From Phaeosaccion multiseriatum (taxonomy: Eukaryota; Protista; Ochrophyta, other classes): a stretch of 64,000 nucleotides of DNA. A model generated the notes under the pieces. It ran no database searches. It was given only the letters and a program-made list of their open reading frames with translations, and was not told the origin of the DNA. The DNA is taken from the NCBI GenBank assembly GCA_965112735.1, contig OZ218960.1:2294001-2358000 (forward strand), written 5' to 3'. Shown piece by piece: positions 43,879 to 57,229 of this stretch. The position numbers were made by a program, and so were the translations under genes. Positions within the stretch are counted from its first letter, which is position 1. Every line of letters begins with the position of its first letter.

Positions 43879-46800
43879 TAGCAGCACCAGTAGCGGCGCC
43901 GGCACTAGCGACAACGACGACAATGCCGGAGGCCTCCCCCCGCCGCCCTGGCTCCGACAACCCCAGCCCTGTGGTACTGGCTCGCCTCAGCAACGTGCTG
44001 CAGCCCGTCACCATCGAGAGGATCCGCGAGGTCTTCTCTCGACACGGCAGGGTCATGAAGGTAAGTAAGTAACTCGAGTTAGTTAGTTCGTTAGTTACCC
44101 CGGCCTCTCTCCTCTCTCCTCTCTCCTCTCTCCTTGTGTTCGTCTCGTCTTCTCTCCTCGTCTTGGGGGACTAGTAGAGCTGCTTGCCTTCTTGCCCGCC
44201 TCTGCCTCAGCTCTCCCTCTCCCCCTCCTCCCTCCCTCCCTGTCTTTTTTAGATCGTCATGTTCGACAAAGGCTCAGGGCTGCAAGTACTTGTGCAGTTC
44301 GCGACTGTGCGGCAGGCCGTAGACGCGCACGGCCAGCTTGACATGCTTGACATGGAGGGGGGGGGCTCCCAGGGAGGCGGCTGCAACCAGCTGCGGGTGG
44401 GCTACAGCAACCTCACGAGCATCACCGTTAAGGCCAACTGCAGCACGTCATGGGACTACGCAGTCCCCTCCTCCTCCTCCTCCTCCTCCTCCTCCTCCTC
44501 CTCCTCCTCATCTGGGGCTGTGGGCGGGCGGGGAGTTGGGGGCGGCTCTCTTGTTCCCACCGCCACTCTTGCTGCAGTGGATGCATTTGGCCACCCCACC
44601 ACGCCCACGCGCACATGCACCCCCCCGCCTCAGGGCGTTTTGTCGGGCTTGTCGGATTTGTCGGGCTTCAGTATGCTCATGCCGTCGTCCACTGGTGCCC
44701 ACTCTGCCCCGAGGGAGGTGTTCCCCTTCCCCTTCCCCACCCAAGCCGCCCTCGGAGGTGGTGCTGCTGCTGCTGCTGGTGCTGCTGCTCCCAAGGGCCC
44801 GGATGGCAGCAGAGGGCACAAGGCCTCGCGCACGCGCCCACCCCCCACCTCTACGCCCCCCTCGGGGAGCAAGCGGGGGGCAGCCCCCCAAAGGACTTCA
44901 TCGGCTCGGAAACCCCCATCCGCCGCCGCCGGACACCCCAGGTTAGAGAGCGCCTTAGTCGTGCCCCTCCCCCCCCTCCCCCCTCCCCCCTCCTTCCTTC
45001 CACTGCCCCCTCCCCCCCCCCTCTGCCCCTCCCCCCCCCCCCGATGCCCCCCTCTCATCAAAGCTTTGCCTTTTCCGTGCGCCCTGCGGGATTACCCCCC
45101 CGCATCGCCCCCCCCCCTTGCACCTGCATTTTCACCCCCATTCATCACCATTTGTGTTGTCTGGTGTGGTCTAAATGCGTAATCTGGGTGTGGCATCCCC
45201 ACTGCCCCCCCCCGCCCCCGCTCCATCCTTTCCGGGTTTGTTTTCCCCTCTCTCCCTCCCTCTCTCCCTCCCTCTCTCCCTCCCTCTCTCCCTCCCTCCC
45301 TCCCTCCCTTCCTTCCCCCCCTCCCTCCCCCTCCCTCCCTCCCTCCCTCTCTCCCTCCCTCCCCCCCTCTCTCCCTCCCTTTCTCCCTCCCTCCCTTTCT
45401 CCCTCCCTCCCTTTCTCCCTCCCTCCCTCCCTCCCTCCCTCCCTCCCTCCCTCCCTCCCTCCCTCCCTCCCTCCCTCCCTCCCTCCCTCCCTCCCTCCCT
45501 CCCTCCCTCCCTTCCTTCCCCCCCTCCCTCCCCCTCCCTCCCTCCCTCTCTCCCTCCCTCTCTCCCTCCCTCCCTCCCTCCCTCCCTCCCTTCCTTCCTC
45601 CCTCTTCCGTTCGACCGCCACGGTCATCATGTCTGGGATACCGCCTCTCCTCCTCATCCCCTCACTCACTCACTCCTGCCGTGTGAAGACACCGGCGGCC
45701 TCCACCTTTGCTCGACCCTTGGCAAGTACACGAAGGGGCGAATGAAGGGGTGGGTGAAGGAGGTAGTGAGGGGTTCGGTCTCCAAGACATGCGGGGCGCA
45801 CAGGAAGGGGGAGTAGGGGGAGGGGCAGGGGGGGGGGGGGGAGAAAGGGGGACGACAAGTAGACGAGCGGAGAGTGGGGCGGAGGGGGGACAAGGGGAAC
45901 GCCCCTTCACCCCTTCTGCGGGAGGGAGCAAGCAAAAGAAACTCAAGAGCAATACCGCCAGTCCAGGGAGGGACAAGGGCCGTGGAGAAGCGGAGGCAGC
46001 CGCAGGGGCAGGAAGCTCTTCCCTCCTTTGTGACGATGGGAAGGACGGAGATAGAGACAAGGGGAAAGAGAAGGATGAGGGAGGAGGAGACAAGGGGAAG
46101 CGGAAGGGGAAGGACGAGGGCAGCGACGGGGAGGGTAGTGCTGCAGATGATCACCTAGCCGCTGCCACGGCCAAGGTTAGGGTCAGCGATCCAGCCGAGG
46201 CAAAGGGGGGCAGGGGGAGCAGGGGGAGCAGGGGGAGCAGGGGGGGGCACTTCCCTCCAGGGCCTGAGGTTGCGGTGGGCCAGGCAATGGTATGGGTAGG
46301 GGTAGGGGCGAAGGGAAGGGAGAGAGAGAACGATGCGGAGGAGGGCAATGGCAAGAAGACCAAGACGGGACAGGGGGAGAGACATGAAGGAGGTCACAGG
46401 GTAGCCACACGGACAGCAAGGGGTTCGGTAGCACCGGCACCAGTGGCATCGGCAGCAGCAGTACCACCAGGACCAGTCGTAGTAGCGGAACTACCACCAC
46501 CAGTAGTAGGAGGAGGAGCAGCAGGAGGAGGAGGACAACCACCACCACCACCACCACCAGCAGCAGCAGTAGCAGCAGCACCAGCAGAAGCAGCAGCAGC
46601 AGGAGCAGCAGTTGGTGATACAACAACAGTAGGAACGCCCCCGGCGTCGGGGAAGGAGAAGGGCGCGGGAGAACGGAGGCCCGCACCGGTGGGAAGCGCG
46701 TCGAGGGCAAGAATACGGAGCAGACCGACTGAGGAGGAGGAGGAGGAGGAGGAGGAGGAGACTGAACAAGAAGGGGGAGGGAGAGAGGGAGAGAGGGACT

Positions 46801-49749
46801 CGGCTGCTGGGGGACAGAGAGAGCAGGAGGAAGCTGTTGTCTTGGGGGACGAAGGGGAAGGAGGAGTGGGACGAGGAGGGGGGTTGGGGCAGGAGGAGGA
46901 AGGGGAAGGAGAGGTAGGGCGGGGAGAGGAGGACACGCGAGTGCTGTTGTCGAGAAAGAAGCGTCAACGAAAGGGCAGCACACGAGGAGGCGGAGGCGCT
47001 GACAGCGACGACCAAGAGGGGCCGGGGGGTTGGGAGCGAAGAACCAGAGAGAAGACAGGCGAGGAAGGGGACGAGGAGGACAAGGAGGGAGGAGAGAGAG
47101 AGGAGCAACGAATAATAGACAAGACCGGCAAGGAAGGGGACAGACAGGACGACGAGGGAAGAGGAGAGAGAGAGAGGCGAAAGCTCATCCTCCTCGAGGA
47201 GCACGGGGTTGAGGAGGAGACGGAAGCTCAAGTTGATGTTGAAGTGGAAGTTGAAGTTGAGGTTGAAGCTGGTGGGGGAGCTGGAGGAGAGACCAAGCAG
47301 GAGAAGGAGAAGGAGAAGGGCGCCCGCACACACGCACACGCACACGCACATGCTGACGAGGGCGGCGAGGACGGGGCAGGGGTAGGGGGAGAGGTAGAGG
47401 CAGGGGTAGAGGAAGAGGCAAGAGCCAGGAGGGAGGAAGACGGGCCGGGCGAAGAGGAGGGAGAGGAGGGGGGCGGAGGCCGGGAGGGGGGCGGCTCGGT
47501 GGCGGCGGCATTGGCTTCAGCAGCGGCAGTTGGTGATACAGCGACTGTGCAGGGAGGAGAAGCAGTTGATACAGCAGCTCCACCAGCAGCGGCGGGGGGA
47601 GAAGCGACTGGTGATACAACAGTAGCAGTTGGTGATACAGCAGCACTGGTGGAAGGACACGCAACAATTGGTGATACAGCAGCCTCGGCATCTGTTGCGG
47701 CAGGAGTTGGTGGAGAAGCCGCGGCAGCCACCGCGCCTACCACCAAGAGGAGGGCTGACGAGGGAGGGACGGGGACAGGGATGGCAATGGACGGGGCCGT
47801 TGGGGAGGCAGAGAGAGAGGGAGAGGGAGGGCCGCTCCGAGAAGAGCCTGTGTGGGCACTGGAGCAAGAGGCTTGGCTGGCTGCGACGCCACCCGGGGCA
47901 TCCTCTGTGCTGCTTGTACATGGGGTGGATACTCAGCAGGTCACGCCACAGGCTTTGTTTCAGCTCTTCGGCGTGTATGGGGACGTACTCAAGGTTAAGA
48001 TGGTGAGGGAGGGAGGGAAGGAGAGGGAGAGAGGGGGAGGGAGCTAGAGAGGGGGAGGGAGGGAGAGAGGGGGAGGGAGGGAGAGAGGGGGAGGGAGCGA
48101 GAGAGGGGGAGGGAGGGAGGGAGGGAGGGAGGGAGGGAGGGAGGGAGGGAGGAAACCTGTCGTTCTGGATTGGCAGCACGTTTTTTTAGCGTCTCTCCCG
48201 GCTCTACCTCGCACCTCTCTGGTAGACACGTGACACGCACCCTCTTTGCGTCTGCCCTGCTCCTCAATCCAACGCCATGCTGTCTGCCCCTCCGCACCCT
48301 CCCTCCCTCCCTCCCTCCCTCCCTCCCTCCCTCCCTCCCTCCCTCCCTCCCTCCCTCCCTCCCTCCCTCCCATCCTCATCCTCCCTCCCTCCCTCCCTCT
48401 CTCCCTCCCTCCCTCCCTCCCTCTCTCCCTCCCTCTCTCCCTCCCTCCCTCTCTCCCTCCCTCTCTCCCTCCCTCCCTCCCTCCCTCCCTCCCTCCCATC
48501 CTCCCTCCCTCCCTCCCATCCTCATCCTCCCTCCCTCCCTCCCTCCCTCCCTCCCTCTCTCCCTCCCTCTCTCCCTCCCTCCCTCCCTCCCTCCCTCCCT
48601 CCCTCCCTCCCTCCCTCCCTCCCATCCTCTTCCTCCCTCCCCCTCAGCGACGCACTCGAGGCGGAATGGCTCTTGTGCAGATGAAGTTTGGTGTGCAGGC
48701 GGCGAATGCTGCTCGCTTCCTCAGTGGGAGAGCTCTCTGTGGACAGGAGCTCAGGGTGGAGGTGTCCACGTTGGAGGGCATTCGGGTAAGGGAGGGAGGG
48801 AAGGGAGGGAGGGAGGGAGGAAGAAAAGGGGGAGAGGGGCAGGAGGAAGTGCTGTTTTCCTCCCGTCGGAGTGGCCTTCTCCCAGTGCACCCGCCCAGCC
48901 GCCGAATCTCTCCTGTCCTGTCCTCTCCTCTCCTCTCCTCTCCTCTCCTCTCCTCTCCTCTCCTCTCCTCTCCTCTCCTCTCCTCTCCTCTCCTCCCCTC
49001 TCCTCTCCTCTCCTCTCCTCTCCTCTCCTCTCCTCTCCTCTCCCCCCTTCTCCTCACCTCTCCCCTCCTTTTCTCTTCTCTCCTGTCCTGTCCTCTCCTG
49101 TCTTCTCCTTTCCTCTCTCTCCTCCCTTCCCCTCTCCTCTCCTCTCCTCTCTCCTCTTCTCTTCTCTTCTCTCCTGTCCTGTCCTGTCATGTCATGTCCT
49201 GTCCTCTCCTCTCATCTTCTCTCCTCTCCTCTCATCTTCTCTCCTCTCCTCCCGTCTCCTCTCCTCTCCCCTCCTCTCCCCTCCCCTCCCCTCCCCTCCC
49301 TCCTTTCCCCTCCCCTCCCCTCCCCTCCCCTCCCCTCCCCTCCCCTCCCCCCTCCCCCCCCCTCCCCCTCCCCTCCCCTCCCCCCCCCCCCCCCCCCCTC
49401 CAACCAGGACCCCTCCGCCGTGGAGTTCGGACACCTCTCATCACTCCACCGCTTCTCCGACACGACAACCCCAGACGACCCCTTCTATCGTGATCACCTG
49501 TGCAACCCAGGCCCGACCCTCATCTGCTCGGGCTTGCCTCCCGCCCTGCCTGGCGAGGAGCTAACGACACTCTTTAGTCGGCATGGGCCGGTGGCGAGCC
49601 TGGACATTGACGCGGTGAGCAATGTTGCGGTTGTGCAGATGGAGTCAGTGGGGCCGGCGCTACATTCGCTCATCATGACACACGGGTTAAGGTTTAAGGG
49701 GCATGTGTTGAGTGTGCGCTTCTTTAACGCTGCCTCTCTCAGGCACTGA
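42816..49749 (+). CDS. Polypyrimidine tract-binding/hnRNP L-like RRM protein with Gln-rich N-terminus and long acidic insertion
   Basis: RRM2-type: SPVVLARLSN..PVTIERIREVFSRHGRVMKIVMFDKG.GLQVLVQF...C.QLRVGYS.L..ITVK.N...SWDY. RRM3-type: SVLLVHG....VTPQALFQLFGVYGDV.KVK...ALVQM. RRM4-type: LHRF...PGPTL..SGLP. Exon phases are consistent. Confidence 0.82.
45245..45605. repeat. (CCCT)n intronic microsatellite
   Basis: Pyrimidine array in an intron of the PTB-like gene. Confidence 0.95.
48005..49400. repeat. (GGGA)n, (CCCT)n and (CCTCT)n intronic arrays
   Basis: Two introns, each with a purine array at the 5' end and a pyrimidine array at the 3' end. Confidence 0.9.
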
Positions 49750-50283
49750 GGGCCGCGCACTGAGCTAGTGATGGCTCTTGTGCTGCTGACACCCTTGGGT
49801 ACTGAGCTAGTGCAGATGCAGGAACTGAGGCCTTGGGGCTATACTGAGGTAGTAGCTAGGTACAGATGCACGCAGGAACTGAGACAGGAAGGTGTGCTCA
49901 GTGCACGCCCTTCAGTAAGGCTTGAATTATTAGCTGAACTGTGAATAACGGATTAGTCGATCGATTGTTGATCGATGGCACGGGAGGAGAAGCGATTGAA
50001 GGTCCTGGTGATCGGCCGGGGTTAGCTAGGACCGGCTTGCACGCGCGCGCGCGTAATTGCCTATGGCCTACTGCTGCTGCGGCTGCTGCTGTCCTCCTTC
50101 AGAGGAGAGGCAACGCATGTTGCAGAGCACGCATATTTAATTAACTAATTAACTCGTTTGTTTGTAATAAATCTATGGCAAACACTTTTAAAGTAAAAAA
50201 CCATGTGTGTCCGCACCTTTCCCGCACACTTTGTGCACATTGCTTGTGCCAGGGGACAGACACCCACACCCTGCATACATACA

Positions 50284-50414
50284 TACAATAGACAGAGGTA
50301 GACAGATACAGTTGTAGGAGAGAACATATATACAATAGACAGAGGTAGACAGATACAGTTGTAGGAGAGAACATATATACAATAGACAGAGGTAGACAGA
50401 TACAGTTGTAGGAG
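50284..50414. repeat. 47-bp tandem repeat (~2.8 copies)
   Basis: Unit TACAATAGACAGAGGTAGACAGATACAGTTGTAGGAGAGAACATATA at 50284, 50331 and 50378. Confidence 0.92.
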
Positions 50415-51081
50415 CAGAAAGGACAGGATTTCGTGCATGTGTGTTATATTTCGCTTCATATTTTACTATTTTACAGAAGCTTCGAAGATCAAATCGAAAT
50501 TTCATGGATTTTTTTATAAACAAGCCTCAAGTAAGTCCGTGATTCTCAAAGCCTCGCTCCACAGACACTCGCCAACAGGCTCCCCTTCCCTCCCTCCCCA
50601 TCCGCCGAAGCTTCGTGGTCCTCCTCTTAACCCGCCCTTGACTTCTTCTTCCTCCCGTCCCCTCCCTTCCTCCCCTGCCCCTGTCAGCAGCTGCATCCGA
50701 GGGGGTTGAATCATGACTTGCTCCGGAGCCCCCCTGGGCATGCCCCCCTGGGCTGGGCATGCCCCCCTGGTCCTCATCACACGCGCCCCCACCCCCCATG
50801 GAAGCGAGCCTGCGATGCATGGCAGGCAAGCACCACCGCAGCCACAGGCGGTACCAATGCCAGACCGCACCAACTCCAATGTAGCAACAGCGTAGCAGCA
50901 GCCAGACCCAGTTGCAACGAAACAACAGCCATACCACCAACAGCTGTACGACCCCAGCTGTATATAGTGCAGCGTAACAACCATATGCTTTGCTTCGTCC
51001 GTACCGATAGTAACACAAGCTCCCCTTTCCCTCTGTCCTGTCCTGTCGCTCTGTCACTCGGTAACTCTTCCTCCATGCATG

Positions 51082-54000
51082 TCACTCGAAGGCGTACACC
51101 TCTACACACGCCACGTCAAACTCTGGACGGTTCTTGCCCGCCATGCGCTCGTTGCGGTACGTCTCGGTTGTGTCACTGCATCCCCTGGTGAGGTCTTCGA
51201 ACAGTTTCAAGCCACACTTGCCGGAGGAGGAGACCCCCATGGCCAACCACTCACGTGTGGCCATCATGAAACTATCGTTCGTCTGGGGGGGAGGGGAGGG
51301 GAGAGGGGAGGGGAGAGGGGGTTCAGAGGGGTCATATGGTTGTGTTGCTGCGAGACGCAGGGGCAGACAGACAGACAGACAGACAGACAAGTAGACAGAC
51401 AGACAGACAGATAGACAGACAGATAGACAGACAGATAGACAGACAGACAGACAGACAGATCGACGGACAGAGACAGACTAAGATAGAGACAGACGGACGG
51501 AAAGACAGACAGACAGAGACAGCTGCGATGGACTCACGAGAGGAGAATCCCGTCAAAAAGGCCAGGTCCTGGCGCCGTGCACTCGATCACTCACTCACAC
51601 ACTCACTCTCTCCCACTCACTCACCACTCACGCATTCGCTCACTCGCTAACTCCCTCCCTCCCTCACTCACTCACTCAATCTCTCTCTCCCTCATTCACT
51701 TCCACACTCCCTCCTCCCTCACTCACTCACCGCAGCGGCTCTGGACTTGGCGCTGCTCGAGCTCAGCAGCCCCTCCTCCGTTGCCTTCCTCTTATGCCTG
51801 CTGCTGCTGCTGCTGCTCGCCATCCCCCCCCCATGCTTGCTCAGGCTCTGCAGGAGTCCCCCCCCCTTCGCTCCCTTTGGTTCATGCCTACTAACGTGAG
51901 GGATGCTGCCTCCTCCCCCCGCCTGCCCCCCTCCATCGTGCTGAAGACCCTTCTTGCGATGCTTGCTAGCGTTGACGATTTCGGTTAGACCCCTTCTCGA
52001 GGCCGAGGACAGCTCTTCTAAAGCGCCTCCTCCTCCTCCTCCCGCTGCTGCTGCTGCTTCTGCCCTTCCGCGCTGGCTGGCACTGAGGTTCTCCGAGCTA
52101 CCCTTCCTGCTCATGGTCACAGTCACATCCTTTGGAGCCGCCGCCCCCCCCTCCTCAGTCTTTTGCTCCCCCCCCCCGCCCCCCGTCGCTGGAGGAGCGG
52201 AAGTAGAAGGACTCCAGCGAAACGCCTTGCCGGCTCCCGGTCCGAGGCGGAAGAGAAAGCACTGACCGTTGCCAAACGCACTCTGATTGGGCTGCCACGG
52301 GGATGCGCAGTAGGCCCCGAACACAGCCCCGTTGGCCGCCTCCACCAAGAGTAGCGACGGACTCACCGTCCGGCAGTGTGAGTACAGCATGTCGAGGCTG
52401 GGCAGTTGTCGATACAACAAGTTGGTGGTACAGCAGTTGGCAATATTGTGATTTTTTTTACACAGTGTTAGTTGGCGATATAACACATGAGAACCTTGAA
52501 AGGAGGGAGTCGGTGATTACAGCAGTTGGTGGCACAGCAGCAGCATGCACGCATACACACACGCACACACACACACACGCACGCACACAGGACGTGCCCC
52601 AGCGTTGGGTCGACTTACGACATCATCCCCTCCGTACCTGTTACCGTGGATCTCCGTGGTGAACACCGCCCTCAGACGTTTGTGGCGAAGCATCTCAGGC
52701 ACCCAACCCACAATCTTCGTCCTGTGGGGAGGGGAGGGAAAGAGAGGGGAGGGGAGATGGAGGACGTGAGAGAAGGCAGGCAGGCATGCATGCGGCACTG
52801 AGAGGGTTGGGGAGGAGGGGCCAAGGCCTCACCACAGGAGGAAGGAGGAACGCACGGAGCTTCATCGTCGGCGGGGAAGACCCTCGTTCACTCACTCACT
52901 ACTTATTCACTCACTCACTCAGTCACTCACTTACTCACTCACCGGCTCACTCACTCACCCACTCACCCACTCACTCACTCACTCACTCAGTTTCACTCAC
53001 CCACTCACTCACCCACTCACTCACTCACTCCCTCACCCACTCACTCACTCCCTCACCCACTCACTCACAGTCACTCACTCACTCACTCACTCACTCACAG
53101 TCACTCACTCACTCACTCACTCACTCACTCACAGTCACTCACTCCCTCACTCACAGTCACTCACTCCCTCACTCACTCACTCACTCCCTCCCTCACTCAC
53201 TCACTCACGCACTCCCTCACCCACTCACACACACACTCACTCACTCACTTACTCACTCACTCACTCACTCACTCACTCACTCACAGTCACTCACTCACTC
53301 CCTCCCTCACTCACTCACTCACAGTCACTCACTCACTCCCTCACTCACTCACTCACTCACTCACAGTCACTCACTCACTCCCTCACTCACTCACTCACTC
53401 ACAGTCACTCACTCACTCCCTCACTCCCTCACTCACAGTCACTCACTCCCTCACTCACTCACACACTCACTCACTCACAGTCACTCACTCACCGGGAAGG
53501 CACGTCGGCGAGTAAGACCGGGGGCGGGAAGGTAGGAGTGAGCTGGAAGGGCGGCCAGAAGAACGGCTGAGACTCGTCCCTCTTTTGCTCCATCTGCAGG
53601 TTTGTCCCCACCCCTCTTCCCCCGCCTTCCTTCGCCCACTTCTCCTTTTGGGCCGTTTCGTTCCGGTCGTGACAGCTCTCTGTGTGTCACAAGCCATTTT
53701 GTTCATGTCGCGCACCGCATGCATTGGGCAAAGAAAGAGAGAGAGAGGGAGAAAGTGAGAGAGAGAGAGAGAGAAAGTGAGAGAGAGAGAAGAGAAAGTG
53801 AGTGAGAGAGAGAAATGACTGTAAGAGCGGCCGATGCCGAGAGGTCGAGTGTGTGAATGCGTGACTGTATGCGTGCGTGCGTGCGTCTCTTCTCCTCTCC
53901 TGGCCCAATCCCTCATCCACTCAACATGTCCCACTCCTCACCACTCCTCACCGAGTAGCTTCCAACTGAGGGGGCGGAAACGGCCGCGGCTGATGGAGAA

Positions 54001-54915
54001 GGCGACCTTACGTAGGGCGTCGAACCTGCGCCGCAGGAGAGGGGCAGGGGGGGGCGTATGGGCAGAGAGAGAGAGAGAGAGAGGGAAGGCAAAAGGGCAG
54101 GACAACGGCAGGAGGAGGAGCAGCAGTAGCAGCAGCAGTTGGTGATACAGCAGCAGGAGGAGCAGCCGCAGCAGGAGGAGGAGAAGGAGCAAGGAGTCTG
54201 TCCCGTAACTTGACGTCACACGTCATGTGCGTCACTTGTTCATTCGCATCACACACGTACGAGAAGGAAGGGTCGTGCGTCCACGTCCTGATGTTGTCCC
54301 ACCACTCCTTCCCCTGGCCCTTGCTGAGGTGAAGCTTCTTGAGGCGATGCTTGAAGAAGGCCACCAGCGCCAGAGAGTAGCGAAATAGCACCTTGTTACC
54401 TTCGCACAGCCAGGCATCCCACACCATCACAACATATCTGAAGGGGAGTAGTGGTACCAGCAGCCTCTGGAAGAGGGGTTTCAGAAGGTCGTCTGAGTCC
54501 GCCCCGCACTCCTCCATGGCTTCCCCTGTTTTGGGGTGGTAAAAGTACACCATGTCTCTAAAGGTCATCATCCACACCTAGGGAGGGAGACAGGGCGTGC
54601 GTTTGGTACTTCATCAGTCCCCCGTCGTGAGTCGTCGTCGTCGCCAGCCCATCAACCCATGTTCAAAGCATTGCACCGCAGAGCGAAACGCCTCTTGAAA
54701 GGCATGTAAGAGAAGCAAACCGCCCCAAGAACTCTTGAGAGGCTAGAGAGGCCTCCACCTCCCTCCACACCCTCTAGGAGGCCTCCACCCTCCCTCCACC
54801 CTTTCTGCGGCGGTCCCCTCCCTTGACCACGGTTACGACCCCCGGCAGCCCACCACCATCACCCTCCCGTCTGTCTGTCTTTCTGTCTGTCTGCCTGTTT
54901 GTCTATCTGTCTGTA

Positions 54916-54948
<33 letters not shown>

Positions 54949-54993
54949 ATCTGTCTGTCTATCTGTGTCTCTGTCTGTCTGTCTGTCTGTCTG

Positions 54994-55036
<43 letters not shown>

Positions 55037-55043
55037 TTGTCTA

Positions 55044-55088
<45 letters not shown>

Positions 55089-55168
55089 GTCTGTCTGTGT
55101 GTGTGTGTCTGTCCGTTTGTCTGTCTGTCTATCTGTCTCTCTGTCTGTCTGGGTCTGTCTGTTTGTCG

Positions 55169-55220
<52 letters not shown>

Positions 55221-57229
55221 GTCTGTCTGTCTATCTGTCTGTCTGTCTATCTGTCTCTCTGTCTGTCTGTTTGTCTATCTGTCTATCTGTCTGTCTGTCT
55301 GCCTGTCTACCTGTCTGCCTGTCGCCAATCATCACCATCATCCTCACCTCTTGCTCGCGGAGGGATACAGGGAAGAAGATGCCCCTCTCCTGCCACAGCT
55401 CCTCCACCATGGCATACACACATGCTTCCGGCATGTACACGAGCAGCATCGGCACAATGTCAAGTAGAAAGGGGGCCCACTCCACGGCTAGCATGTGCTT
55501 GACTGGGGAGGGGGGTGAGGAGGAGGGAGGAGGAGGAGGGGTAGGACGAGGACGAGGAGGAGACGGAGGAAGAAAAGAGTTTATACATCGAAAGATGCGA
55601 TGTTTTTTAGGGGATGCGAGACGCAACACGCCTATGGAGGGCCTGGAGGAATAAGCCGCTCTGCTCACTGCTCCGCTGCCCTGCTCCGGACGGCCTTTGC
55701 ATACACAACACGCATACAGACAGAGCGGCGGAGAGAAGCCAGCGCGTATGCACGTATCACCAACTGCCCCACCATCACCACGACCACCCACCTGCGATAA
55801 GGATGCGCCTGGCGGCGAGGTCTCCCTCCTTGCTGAGGGGATAATCCTGGAAAGAAGGCTCAGCGCCGTAGGACGGGACTTGGCTGAGGTCCTCACACTG
55901 CGGGATTACCTTGTCCAGCACCCTCAGCCAAACGCGCTCCTGCTGCAACTGCGGGGCGGGGTGGGGGGAGGGAGGCAGTTAGGCACCTTGGACTGCTCAA
56001 TTGAACAGGCTGAGTCTCACGATTCTCGCTCCTTCTCGGGGGACTGACGGACTACCTCTCTCCCCCCTTACCGGTGGGGCACGACCCGTCCTCTGAGCGC
56101 CCCCCCTCTCCCCCTCCTGGCCTCACCTTGTGGCCTGGCGTGCCCGCTGTGGGAAGGGTAGGCGACATGACTCGGTTCCACACGCCCCCCCGAAAGTACT
56201 CGGGCACACCCGCCCGGCACATGTTGGTGAGTTTCCTCCCGCGCGCCTGCTGCCACAGGGTGGCCCTGTGGTCATCCTCATCGCTGAAGTCGTGGTGGCT
56301 GGGGGTGTCCCAAGCACACAGCACACAGTGGGGGAGGGAGGTAAAGCGGTCCATCAACTGATCAACTTCAAAAACAACGGCCAAGAAATGAGCTTCCCTA
56401 GGCCTTTCAAGCCGAAGTCAGCAGCACTGCAGCAGTGTGGATTGTCGCACCTGTCCGGGGGCAGGCCGAAGTTTGCGCCGTACTTGACTTGGTCAACGAA
56501 CGCGCTTGCTCTTGGGTCCCCAACGAAGACCTGCAGCACGGTCTCCTCCAAGCTCATGCTCCTCCGCTCCTCGCCTCCGATTTGGGCTGACTCAGGCCGT
56601 GTGTGCACCCTTGCAGAGTTGGGGGTTTGGCATTTATTTGGGGAGTCGTGATCTCGATCTCGTGAATATCGTCGTCAGCAGTTGGAGGATGCCCTTTTTT
56701 AGTCTTCTCTTTGCTCTGAAAACGCCGAGAGCCAATCCAAGCTGCACCAGGTGTACTTGTGTTTAGCGCTCAGCAGTAGAGAAGTAGTAGGAGGAGAGGG
56801 ACCTTTTTTTTGGCCCGCGCCACTTTCCGGTGCGGGTCCTAGAGGCAGTTTGACTTTCAGCTCGTCAGCCCCTACATCGTCCCCTATGTGCACCTCGAGG
56901 AGCGGAGGGGATAGGAGGGAGAGAGACAGGAGTTTGAAAGCGGAGCTCCACCAGCTTACATCTAAAGGGATCATTATGACCGTAGTGAGGGTGAGTGTCT
57001 GGGGGGGGGGCTGCTTCCTATTGGCACGTGGAAGGCCGAGGGGCCAATTTAGCGTGTCCTCTTCGCCCAAAGAAGATCAATTTGAAGACGCCCATTTTTT
57101 GTTTAGCTCTCGGTCGTCTCACTCGTCTAGCTGTGTCGATGTAACTCCACGCAAGCATTGCGCCAGTGTAATCCCTCCTGGTCCTCCTGAAAGTCTGGCA
57201 GAAACAGTTCTGTCAAGCGCGCATGACAT
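51082..57229 (-). CDS. TBC + TLDc domain protein (TBC1D24/Skywalker-like)
   Basis: TBC-like: KLTNMCRAGVPEYFRGGVW, APFLLDIVPMLL.YMPE..VY, VVMVWDAWLCEGNKVLFRYSLAL. TLDc: FTTEIHG.SL..LY, LLLVEA.NGAVFGAY...PW....FGNGQCFLF, LAMG, GLKLFEDLTRGCS..TETY.N, FDVACVEVYAF*. The start is uncertain. Confidence 0.88.
52888..53492. repeat. (CACT)n intronic microsatellite
   Basis: ~600 bp array starting at the GTGAGT donor on the - strand. Confidence 0.95.
54868..55320. repeat. (CTGT)n intronic microsatellite
   Basis: ~450 bp array; a related (GACA)n tract lies at 51363-51520. Confidence 0.95.

Noticed and set aside
50284-50414. CRISPR-like array
   Set aside because: Identical tandem units with no unique spacers, eukaryotic context and no cas genes.
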